A stretch of DNA of 64,000 nucleotides from Candidatus Krumholzibacteriia bacterium. Lineage in GTDB: Bacteria > Krumholzibacteriota > Krumholzibacteriia > JAJRXK01. Each line of letters starts with the position of its first letter. Within the stretch, counting starts at the first letter, position 1. The notes below the pieces were generated by a model. It worked only from the letters and a program-made list of their open reading frames with translations. It was not told the DNA's origin and made no database searches. The stretch is taken from contig JBGPIA010000001.1 of NCBI GenBank assembly GCA_041484665.1, positions 928,001 to 992,000 of the forward strand. Direction: 5' to 3'. The position numbers and the translations under genes were made by a program. Shown piece after piece: positions 30,221 to 38,648 of the stretch.

Positions 30221-32826
30221 TCCAGCGGATCCGCATCGCGGTGCGCGGCGCCGTCCAGGGCGTCGGCTTCCGGCCGTTCGTCTACCGGCTGGCCACGGAG
30301 CTGCGCCTGAACGGCTGGGTGCTCAACTCGTCGCAGGGCGTCTTCATCGAAGCCGAGGGGGAGCCGCAGACGCTGCGAACGTTCCTGCTGCGCCTGCAGG
30401 CCGAGACGCCGCCCCGCTCGTTCCTGCAGAGCGTGGAGTCCTCGTTCCTCGACCCGGTCCTGTACCGGGGCTTCGAGATCCGGCCCAGCGAGCCCGGTGG
30501 CGTGCCGCGCGCCCTGGTGCTACCTGACATCGCTACCTGCCCCGCCTGTCTGACGGAGATCTTCGATCCGCGCGACCGGCGCCACCTCTATCCCTTCACG
30601 AACTGCACCCACTGCGGTCCGCGTTACAGCATCCTCGAGGCGCTTCCCTACGACCGCGCCAACACGTCCATGCGCGCATTTGCCATGTGCACGGCGTGCC
30701 GCACGGAATACGAGAACCCAGTCGACCGCCGCTTCCACGCCCAGCCCAACGCCTGTCCGGAGTGCGGACCGAGCCTGCAGCTCTGGGATGCGCAGGGCGG
30801 TGTGCTGGCAGCCCGCCACGACGCCTTGCGCGCCGCTGCCGATGCGCTGCGCGCGGGGCAGGTGGTCGCCGTAAAGGGGCTGGGCGGCTTCCATCTGATG
30901 GTGGACGCCCGCGATGAGAGCGCCGTGCTGCGGTTGCGCGAGCGCAAACATCGCGAGGAGAAGCCGCTCGCCGTGATGTTCCCGGCGCTTGAGGCGGCCG
31001 CTGCAGCGTGCGAAGTCTCGCCGCTGGAGGAGCGCCTGCTGACCGCGCCGGAGTCGCCGATCGTCCTGCTGCGGCGCCGCGCAGCCCCACGCGTGGGTGT
31101 GCCGGCGACCGACCCTGTGATCGCCCCCGCGGTCGCGCCGCGCAATCCCTATCTGGGCGGGCTGCTGCCCTACACGCCCTTGCACCACATCCTGATGCGC
31201 GAGCTCGGCTTCCCGGTCGTGGCGACCAGCGGCAATCGCGCCGAGGAGCCCATCTGCATCAACGAGGGTGAGGCCGTGGAGCGCCTGCGCGGGATCGCAG
31301 ACCTCTTCCTGGTGCACGATCGGCCCATCGTACGCCACGTGGACGACTCAATCGCCCGCGTGATCCTGGATCGCGAGCTGGTCCTGCGCCGCGCGCGCGG
31401 CTATGCGCCTCTGCCCGTGCCGCTGGGTTGCGCCACGCCGCCGCTGCTGGCGGTGGGCGGACAACTCAAGAACACCGTAGCGCTGACTGTGGACGGGAGC
31501 GCCTTCATCAGCCAGCACATTGGCGACCTGGAGAATCGCGAGGCGATCGATGCGTTCCGGCGCGTCGTCGCGGATCTGTGCCGGCTCTACGCCGTGCAAC
31601 CGCAGCGGGTCGCGGCCGACGCGCATCCCGACTACGTCTCGACGCGCAACGCGCTGCGGCTGGGGCTGCCCGTGACGTTCGTGCAGCATCACTACGCGCA
31701 CGTGGCCGCGTGCATGGCCGAGAACGAGCTGGACGGAGCCGTTCTGGGCGTGTCGTGGGACGGCACCGGCTATGGATTGGACGGCACGATCTGGGGGGGC
31801 GAGTTCCTGCGCACCGACGATGTCTCGTTCGCGCGCGTCGCAGCGCTGCGCGCCTTCCGGCTGCCGGGCAGTGTCCAGGCCGTCAAGGAGCCGCGGCGTG
31901 CCGCGCTGGGTCTCCTCTTTGAGCTGTTCGGCGCGCAGCTCCTGCGAGCCCCGGCGCTCGCCCGCCTGCCGACGCTGCGCGCATTCGCTGATCGACAGCG
32001 CGCCGTCCTGTTGCGCATGCTGGCTGCGGGCGTGCAATCGCCCGTCACCAGCAGTGCCGGCCGTTTGTTCGATGCGGTGGCATCGCTGCTGGATCTGCGC
32101 CAGACCGTCGCCTTCGAGGGGCAGGCGGCGATGGAGCTGGAGTTCGCGGCGCGAGCCGCCGGCGCGTGGGATGGCGACGACGGAGGCGGGGTCCAGCCAT
32201 ATCCCTTCGCGATCGAACGGCCTGCGGGTGCGGATGGCGCGGCAGCCGCGGGTGGCGCAGGTAGCGCGGGCAGTGCGGGTAGCGCGAGCCGCGCGCCCAC
32301 CGCGGACGGCGGCCCGCGCGCCGGCGACCATCTGGTGGTGGAATGGGCCCCGATGGTCCGCGCGATCCTCGAGGACGTCGGCCGCGGGACGCCCGTTGGA
32401 CCGATCGCACGCCGCTTCCACGAGACCCTGGCGTGCGCCATCGTCGAGGTGGCGCGGCGCGTGGGCGAGCCGCGCGTCGTGCTCAGCGGCGGGTGCTTCC
32501 AGAACGCGCTCTTGACTGAGCGCACCGTGCGACGCCTGCAGCAGGCCGGATTCCGTCCGTACTGGCACCAGCGCGTCCCACCCAACGACGGCGGGCTGGC
32601 GCTGGGTCAGGCGTACGCCGTGGCGCGGGCGCTGCGCCCAACGGCGCCAGGAGCAAGTCTGGCCGGGTCACACGCGATGGGACCCGACGCGGCGCGAGCA
32701 GACACGGCCGCATCCGACGCAGTACGAGCGGGCGCGGCACGATCGGACACGGCACGAGCGGACACGGCGCACACGACCCTGCCCGACCCAAGGAAGGAAT
32801 GCCATGTGCCTGGCAGTGCCCGGTAA
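30217..32826 (+). CDS. hypF: Carbamoyltransferase
   Basis: GAVQGVGFRP, zinc fingers, FHAQPNAC, QHHYAH, DGTGYG, PPNDGG. Confidence 0.97.
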   Translation: MIQRIRIAVRGAVQGVGFRPFVYRLATELRLNGWVLNSSQGVFIEAEGEPQTLRTFLLRLQAETPPRSFLQSVESSFLDPVLYRGFEIRPSEPGGVPRALVLPDIATCPACLTEIFDPRDRRHLYPFTNCTHCGPRYSILEALPYDRANTSMRAFAMCTACRTEYENPVDRRFHAQPNACPECGPSLQLWDAQGGVLAARHDALRAAADALRAGQVVAVKGLGGFHLMVDARDESAVLRLRERKHREEKPLAVMFPALEAAAAACEVSPLEERLLTAPESPIVLLRRRAAPRVGVPATDPVIAPAVAPRNPYLGGLLPYTPLHHILMRELGFPVVATSGNRAEEPICINEGEAVERLRGIADLFLVHDRPIVRHVDDSIARVILDRELVLRRARGYAPLPVPLGCATPPLLAVGGQLKNTVALTVDGSAFISQHIGDLENREAIDAFRRVVADLCRLYAVQPQRVAADAHPDYVSTRNALRLGLPVTFVQHHYAHVAACMAENELDGAVLGVSWDGTGYGLDGTIWGGEFLRTDDVSFARVAALRAFRLPGSVQAVKEPRRAALGLLFELFGAQLLRAPALARLPTLRAFADRQRAVLLRMLAAGVQSPVTSSAGRLFDAVASLLDLRQTVAFEGQAAMELEFAARAAGAWDGDDGGGVQPYPFAIERPAGADGAAAAGGAGSAGSAGSASRAPTADGGPRAGDHLVVEWAPMVRAILEDVGRGTPVGPIARRFHETLACAIVEVARRVGEPRVVLSGGCFQNALLTERTVRRLQQAGFRPYWHQRVPPNDGGLALGQAYAVARALRPTAPGASLAGSHAMGPDAARADTAASDAVRAGAARSDTARADTAHTTLPDPRKECHVPGSAR
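32686..32775 (+). repeat. Six degenerate 15-bp tandem units in the hypF C-terminal tail
   Basis: Units such as GACACGGCACGAGCG encode DAARA-DTAAS-DAVRA-GAARS-DTARA-DTAHT. Confidence 0.75.
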
Positions 32827-33136
32827 GCTCGTGAGCATCGAGGGCGACGATCCCCTCCTGCGCACGGGCCGGGTGGACTTCGGGGGGATCGTGAAGACAG
32901 TGAACCTGGCGTGCGTCCCCGATGCGCTCGTGGGCGAGTACGTCCTGGTCCACGTCGGAATCGCCCTCAACACCATCGACGAGCAGGAGGCCGCCGAGGT
33001 CTTCGAATACCTGCGGCGTATGGGCGAGCTGGCCGAGCTGGAGGCGGGCGAGTCGGGCCAACTCGACGCTGCAGCCGGCACCGCTGGCGATCCGGCGTGC
33101 GAAACCAACACCGCGGAAAGCGGCGAGCCCGGCTGA
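32804..33136 (+). CDS. hypC: Hydrogenase assembly chaperone
   Basis: MCLAVPG, YVLVHVG. Confidence 0.97.
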   Translation: MCLAVPGKLVSIEGDDPLLRTGRVDFGGIVKTVNLACVPDALVGEYVLVHVGIALNTIDEQEAAEVFEYLRRMGELAELEAGESGQLDAAAGTAGDPACETNTAESGEPG

Positions 33137-33169
33137 AGCCGGCCGCCCAAGCGAGATCGGCGACACGCC

Positions 33170-34324
33170 ATGCGCTTCATCGACGAGTACCGGGACGCCC
33201 GCGCTGCAGCGCGTTACGCCCGCGCCCTACGCCGCGCCACTACGCGCCCCTGGACGATCATGGAGGTGTGCGGCGGCCAGACGCACGCCATCGTCAAGTT
33301 CGGCGTGGACGAGCTGCTGCCATCGGTGCTGACCTTAGTCCACGGCCCCGGCTGCCCCGTGTGCGTCACGCCGCTGGAGCTGATCGAGAAGGCCCTGGAG
33401 ATCGCCGCCATCCCGGAGGTGATCTTTTGCTCGTTCGGCGACATGCTGCGCGTCCCGGGCCGGTCCAAGGACCTGCTCTCGGTCAAGGCCGCGGGCGGCG
33501 ACGTGCGCATCGTCTACTCGCCACTGGACGCGCTCGCCGTCGCGCGGCAGAACCCCAACCGGACTGTGGTGTTCTTCGCCGTCGGCTTCGAGACCACCGC
33601 CCCCGCCAATGCCATGGCGGTCGTCCAAGCTCACCGCGAGGGCCTGCGCAACTTCGCGCTGCTGGTGTCCCACGTGCTCGTGCCGCCGGCGATGGAGGCG
33701 ATCCTTGCCTCTCCCGACAACCGCGTGCAGGGGTTCTTGGCCGCCGGGCACGTGTGCACCGTGATGGGCTTCACCGAGTACGAGCCGATCGCAAAGCGTT
33801 ATCGCGTGCCGATCGTGGTCACGGGCTTCGAGCCGGTGGATATCCTGCAGGGCGTATACATGTGCGTGCGGCAACTCGAGGACGGGCGCGCCGAGGTGGA
33901 AAACCAATACAGCCGGGCGGTCCAGCGAGACGGCAATCGCCAGGCGCAAGAGCTGATCCGCACGGTGTTCCAAGTCGTTGCGCGCAAGTGGCGTGGCGTG
34001 GGCGAGATCCCGCGCAGCGGCCTCGGGCTGCGGGCGCAGTACGCGGAGTTCGACGCGGAGCGGCGCTTCGGAGTTGCGGACCGCGCCGTCGAGGAGCCCT
34101 CCGAGTGCATTAGCGGATTGATCCTGCAAGGCGTGAGGAAGCCCCATGAGTGCCCCGCGTTCGGTACGCTCTGCACCCCCGAGCACCCGCTGGGCGCGAC
34201 GATGGTCTCCTTTGAGGGCGCGTGCGCGGCGTACTACCGGTATCGACGCGCGGCGCCTGCCCGGGCGCCGGGCGCGGCGGTGGCAAAGGATCCCGTTGCG
34301 GGAACACAAGCCCATGGATCCTGA
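33170..34324 (+). CDS. hypD: Hydrogenase formation protein
   Basis: [24 protein letters not shown]-terminal Fe-S cysteines. Confidence 0.97.
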   Translation: MRFIDEYRDARAAARYARALRRATTRPWTIMEVCGGQTHAIVKFGVDELLPSVLTLVHGPGCPVCVTPLELIEKALEIAAIPEVIFCSFGDMLRVPGRSKDLLSVKAAGGDVRIVYSPLDALAVARQNPNRTVVFFAVGFETTAPANAMAVVQAHREGLRNFALLVSHVLVPPAMEAILASPDNRVQGFLAAGHVCTVMGFTEYEPIAKRYRVPIVVTGFEPVDILQGVYMCVRQLEDGRAEVENQYSRAVQRDGNRQAQELIRTVFQVVARKWRGVGEIPRSGLGLRAQYAEFDAERRFGVADRAVEEPSECISGLILQGVRKPHECPAFGTLCTPEHPLGATMVSFEGACAAYYRYRRAAPARAPGAAVAKDPVAGTQAHGS

Positions 34325-35396
34325 GCGCGACCGCCCCCTGCCGCTGCAGCTGCAGTGCCCGCTGCCGCTGGATCGCTACCCGCACGTGATGCTGGCCCAC
34401 GGCGGCGGCGGCAAGCTGATGCACCAGCTGATCGAGCAGGTGTTCCTCGAAGCGTTTCGAAACCCGCTGCTGGAGACCCGCCACGACGGCGCGGTGCTCG
34501 ACCTGGGCGGGCAGCGCGTCGCGTTCACGGCCGACTCCTACGTGGTGCGTCCGCTGTTCTTCCCCGGTGGAGACATCGGCTCGCTGGCCGTCGACGGCAC
34601 GGTCAACGACCTGGCGATGTGCGGTGCGCGCCCGCTCTATCTCAGCGCCGGCTTCATCCTGGAGGAGGGCCTGCCCATGGAGACGCTGTGGCGCATCGTC
34701 CAGTCGATGCGGCAGGCGGCCCAGGCGGCGGGCGTGCAGATCGTGACCGGTGACACGAAGGTCGTCGACCGCGGGAAGGCCGACGGCGTCTTCATCAGTA
34801 CGGCCGGTGTGGGGCTGGTCCCGGCGGGCGTGGATCTGCAGCCGGCGCGCGTGCGACCCGGGGACGCGGTGCTGGTGAGCGGCGATCTGGGGCGTCACGG
34901 TATCGCCATCATGGCCGTGCGCGAGGGGCTGGAGTTCGAGACGACCATCGAAAGCGACTGCGCGCCGCTCAACGGTCTGGTGCAGCCCTTGCTCGCGGCC
35001 GGCATCGAGCTGCACTGCCTGCGCGACCTCACGCGTGGCGGCCTGGCGAGCGCGCTGGTGGAGGTCGCGCAAGCCAGCGGGCAGGGAATCCGCATCGATG
35101 AGGCAGCGATCCCGGTCCGCGAGGACGTGCGGGGCGCCTGCGAGATCCTCGGGCTCGACCCCATGTACGTCGCCAACGAGGGGCGTTTGGTGGCGTTCGT
35201 CGCCGCGCAGGATGCCCAGCGGGCGCTGGAATGCCTGCGCGGCCAGGCGCGAGGCGCGGACGGGTTGGGCGCGGGCGCGGCTCTCATCGGGAGCGTGGTC
35301 GAGGACGGCGACGCGTACGTCACCATGCGCAGCTGCATCGGCGCCACGCGCATCGTCGACATGCTCAGCGGGGAGCAGCTGCCCAGGATCTGCTGA
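34314..35396 (+). CDS. hypE: Carbamoyl dehydratase
   Basis: AHGGGG, FPGGDIG, GDTKVV, DLTRGG, terminal PRIC. Confidence 0.97.
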   Translation: MDPERDRPLPLQLQCPLPLDRYPHVMLAHGGGGKLMHQLIEQVFLEAFRNPLLETRHDGAVLDLGGQRVAFTADSYVVRPLFFPGGDIGSLAVDGTVNDLAMCGARPLYLSAGFILEEGLPMETLWRIVQSMRQAAQAAGVQIVTGDTKVVDRGKADGVFISTAGVGLVPAGVDLQPARVRPGDAVLVSGDLGRHGIAIMAVREGLEFETTIESDCAPLNGLVQPLLAAGIELHCLRDLTRGGLASALVEVAQASGQGIRIDEAAIPVREDVRGACEILGLDPMYVANEGRLVAFVAAQDAQRALECLRGQARGADGLGAGAALIGSVVEDGDAYVTMRSCIGATRIVDMLSGEQLPRIC

Positions 35397-35457
35397 GCCT
35401 TGTAGGGCAAGCGCGCCGGCGCCGGGAGCGCGACCGGAGCGCGCTGCGAGGTGAACC

Positions 35458-36543
35458 ATGAGCCTCTCCGTCGGCATCGCCGGCCTACCCAACGTGGGGA
35501 AGTCCACCCTCCTCAACGCGCTGACCCACGCCGGCGCGGAGGCCTCCAACTATCCCTTCTGCACGATCGACCAGAACGTCGGGATCGCGCCAGTGCCCGA
35601 CCCCGACCTCGCGCGCCTCGCCGCCATCCTGAAGCCGCAGGAGGTCACGCCCACCACGATCCAGTTCGTGGACATTGCGGGGCTGGTTGCCGGCGCCAGC
35701 CGCGGCGAGGGGCTGGGCAACAAGTTCCTCGGGCACATCCGCGACGTGGACGCCATCCTCCAGGTCGTGCGCTGCTTTGTGGAGCCCAACGTGGTGCACG
35801 CCACGGGAGCGCCCGATCCGGTGCGCGATGTTGACATCATCGAGACGGAGTTCCTGCTGGCCGACCTCGAGGTGGCCGCGCGCGCGCACCAGAAGTGGGT
35901 GCGGGCGACCAAAGCGGGCACCGGCGGCAAAGAGGAGGAGGCGGTCTACGCGCGCGTGATCGAGGCCCTGAACGCGGGGATTTGGATCGGCGCGCTCCAC
36001 TTCCACGAACCGGAGCGCGAGATCCTCGCGGAAACGCGCTTCCTGACCGCCAAACCCTGCCTCTACGTGGCCAACACCGGCGAGGACGACCCCCAGGGTG
36101 AAGGGCCCCTGCCCTCGGCGCTTCGCCAGGCCAAGGGCTCCGACCGCGTACTCTCGGTGTCCGTGCGCATCGAGGCGGAAGTGTCCGAGCTCCCGCCGCA
36201 GGAGCAGGCGGAGTTCCTCGGGGCGTTGGGACTGAAGGAGACGGCCCTCGATCTGGTCATCCACGCCTGTTATCGGCTCCTCGACCTGATCACGTTCTAT
36301 ACGATCGCCAACGACAAGCTGCGCGCCTGGCAGCTGTACCGGGGCTGCACGGCGGTGCAGGCCGCCGGCAAGATCCACAGCGACATGGAGAAGGGATTCA
36401 TCCGCGCCGAGGTGATGGGCCTCGCCGATCTCGTACGGCACGGCAGTCGTCATGCCCTGCACGAGCATGGGCTCACCCACGTCGTGGGGCGCGATCACGT
36501 AGTCCAGGACAAAGACGTGCTGCAGATCCAATTCAAGGCCTGA
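35458..36543 (+). CDS. ychF: Obg-like ATPase YchF
   Basis: GLPNVGKST, NYPFCTI, DIAGLV, GEGLGNKFL, AAGKIHSD TGS domain. Confidence 0.92.
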   Translation: MSLSVGIAGLPNVGKSTLLNALTHAGAEASNYPFCTIDQNVGIAPVPDPDLARLAAILKPQEVTPTTIQFVDIAGLVAGASRGEGLGNKFLGHIRDVDAILQVVRCFVEPNVVHATGAPDPVRDVDIIETEFLLADLEVAARAHQKWVRATKAGTGGKEEEAVYARVIEALNAGIWIGALHFHEPEREILAETRFLTAKPCLYVANTGEDDPQGEGPLPSALRQAKGSDRVLSVSVRIEAEVSELPPQEQAEFLGALGLKETALDLVIHACYRLLDLITFYTIANDKLRAWQLYRGCTAVQAAGKIHSDMEKGFIRAEVMGLADLVRHGSRHALHEHGLTHVVGRDHVVQDKDVLQIQFKA

Positions 36544-36560
36544 CGCCGGGACGGCGACGG

Positions 36561-36660
36561 ACGCCGTCACTCGTCGCCGTTCGCCGACGGACACCGCCGC
36601 CCGTCGCCGCTTGCCGCCGGTTGCCGCCGCTCACCGTCGCTCGCCGCCGTTTGCCGCCGA
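36561..36660. repeat. About ten degenerate 10-bp tandem repeats (consensus near TYGCCGCCGN)
   Basis: tcgtcgccgt tcgccgacgg ... ttgccgccgg ttgccgccgc tcaccgtcgc tcgccgccgt ttgccgccga, between convergent genes. Confidence 0.75.
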
Positions 36661-36687
36661 TCGAGCGAGTGCCGGCGCGACCCCCCG

Positions 36688-37317
36688 TCAGTTGTACGTG
36701 GCCGTGAGGCGCAGCGCGAAGCTGGGGCCGCTCCAGCTGCCGTCGAGCTGCCCGTCGGGCACGGTGTGATAGCCGAACGCGCCGGCCGCGCCGAGCCCCC
36801 AGCTCTTGCCCACCCACCACTCCTTGCCGACCGTGAGGTCCAGCACGAAGCCGTAGTCCGTGTCCCCGCTGACGTGGCCCGTATCCACGGAGAGCTTTCC
36901 CGTTCCGACACTCCCGGAGACGTAGAGGTTGACCGGCATGAGGTAGTACGTCAGCCCAGCTCCGAGCGCGCTCAGGCTGACGTCGGCATTCGCAGTTGCA
37001 ACGCCCAGGTCCTGGAATTCGACGTCCGGCTTGCTGATCAACCAGCCGAAGACCGTCCCATGCAGCGCCAGATTGGGCGCCACGATCGCACCGACCGCGA
37101 AGTTCAGGTCCGCCGTCGCGCCCGACATCTTCGTCCTGCCGAATGGGGTGTCCGCGATCGTGGACCGGGCTCCCCCGGGGCCGGCCGAGAGCCGTAGGAA
37201 AAAGCCGGCATCATGCGCGCGCGGGCTGCTGTCCGCATTGGCCACAGCCGCAGCTGCAACGGCATGACACAGGAGAAGGGCGCCGAGCAGGGGGCGTCTC
37301 GCGTATCGCAGACTCAT
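36688..37317 (-). CDS. Small outer-membrane beta-barrel protein (OmpA-membrane-domain-like)
   Basis: Signal peptide, HDAGFFLRL, GAGLTYYLMPVNLY, GKEWWV, terminal ATYN; GGAGG RBS. Confidence 0.75.
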   Translation of the reverse strand: MSLRYARRPLLGALLLCHAVAAAAVANADSSPRAHDAGFFLRLSAGPGGARSTIADTPFGRTKMSGATADLNFAVGAIVAPNLALHGTVFGWLISKPDVEFQDLGVATANADVSLSALGAGLTYYLMPVNLYVSGSVGTGKLSVDTGHVSGDTDYGFVLDLTVGKEWWVGKSWGLGAAGAFGYHTVPDGQLDGSWSGPSFALRLTATYN

Positions 37318-37486
37318 GGTCACCTCCGCGTGAGATCTCCCGGGAAGAGCCTGCCGGCACTTGCCGACAAGCCCCTCAAGGCAGAGCCGCAGCCTGCCGA
37401 AAACACCGCCGAGGGCGGTAGGCTGGCCGCTCCATGCCGCCGCTGAGCACGCGTCCCGGGGCTCGTCCAACCGGAGGAAGGCACTC

Positions 37487-38572
37487 GTGCATCCAGCCGG
37501 CGCGTACATCCTCGTCGTCGACGACAACCAGCGCAACCTCGCAATCATGAAGAAGATCCTGGGCGCGCGCTACCGCCTCGCCCTGGCAGCCTCCGGGGAG
37601 GAGGCGCTCGCGATCGCCGAGCAGTTCGTCCCCGATCTGGTGCTCCTGGACATCATGATGCCGGGCATCGACGGGTACGAGACCTGCCGGCGTCTGCGGG
37701 CCAATGACCAGCTCAAGCATGCCAAGATCATCATGGTCTCGGCCAAGGCGCTGACCTCCGAGCGTCTGGAGGGGTATGCGGCCGGAGCCGATGACTACGT
37801 GACCAAGCCCTTCGACGAGGACGAGCTGCTGGCCAAGATCGAAGTCTATCGCCGCCTCAAATCCGCCGAAGAGATCAGCCGCCTGAAGTCAGACCTCCTC
37901 GACCTCTTCGATCACGAGACCCGCACTCCACTCACGGCCATCATGACACCGACTGCGATGCTGCTCGACGATGCTACGCTCACCGCCGAGCAACGTCAGC
38001 TGTTGATCATGGTCCAGTCGGGGGCGCAGGGACTGCACCGGCTGGTGACGCGGGTGTCGTTCCTGAGCTCGCTGCGGGCCGGGATGGTGCAGTTCGACCT
38101 CGAGCGGCACGATCTGTCCAGCCTCGTGCTCGACTTCGCCGAGCTGATGCGCCCCGCCGCGCACGCCGCGCAGGTGCAGATCCGCACCGGAATCGCGCCA
38201 CAGATCCAGATGGAGTGCGATGCGACGCACATGAGGACTGCCGTCTGCGCGCTTCTGGACAATGCTGTGCGCTACACACGACAGGGCGGCACGATCGACG
38301 TTCGGCTGGCCCAGCTGAGCGAGCACGCCAGCCTGACGGTGGCCGACCAGGGGCCGGGGATCCCACCCGCGCTCCTCCCTCATCTCTTCGAGGAGTTTGC
38401 GGTGACCGACGTGGCGCACCATCACGCGGGTCACGGGCTGAGCCTCGCGATCACCCGTTCCATCGTTCAGCGCCACGGCGGGACGATTGCGGTGCATAGC
38501 CCTGCCGGCCAGGGATCGGAGTTCGAGCTCGTCTTTCCGGTCTGCGCGCCGGTGCCCGTGGCAGTCACGTAG
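37487..38572 (+). CDS. Hybrid response regulator / histidine kinase (REC-HisKA-HATPase)
   Basis: LVVDD, LLDIMMPGIDG, KPF; DHETRTPL; DNAVRY, DQGPGI; GTG after GGAGGA. Confidence 0.9.
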   Translation: MHPAGAYILVVDDNQRNLAIMKKILGARYRLALAASGEEALAIAEQFVPDLVLLDIMMPGIDGYETCRRLRANDQLKHAKIIMVSAKALTSERLEGYAAGADDYVTKPFDEDELLAKIEVYRRLKSAEEISRLKSDLLDLFDHETRTPLTAIMTPTAMLLDDATLTAEQRQLLIMVQSGAQGLHRLVTRVSFLSSLRAGMVQFDLERHDLSSLVLDFAELMRPAAHAAQVQIRTGIAPQIQMECDATHMRTAVCALLDNAVRYTRQGGTIDVRLAQLSEHASLTVADQGPGIPPALLPHLFEEFAVTDVAHHHAGHGLSLAITRSIVQRHGGTIAVHSPAGQGSEFELVFPVCAPVPVAVT

Positions 38573-38648
38573 CGGGGACCCGCAGCGCTGGGCCGCCGCA
38601 GAGGTCGCACATGATCTGGACCGCTATGACGGCCGACGTTCGCGGTGC

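Noticed and set aside
29208..35396. Selenocysteine recoding in hyp genes
   Set aside because: All six frames are open and the key cysteines are encoded as Cys
36561..36660. Possible CRISPR array
   Set aside because: 10-bp degenerate units with no spacers and no cas genes
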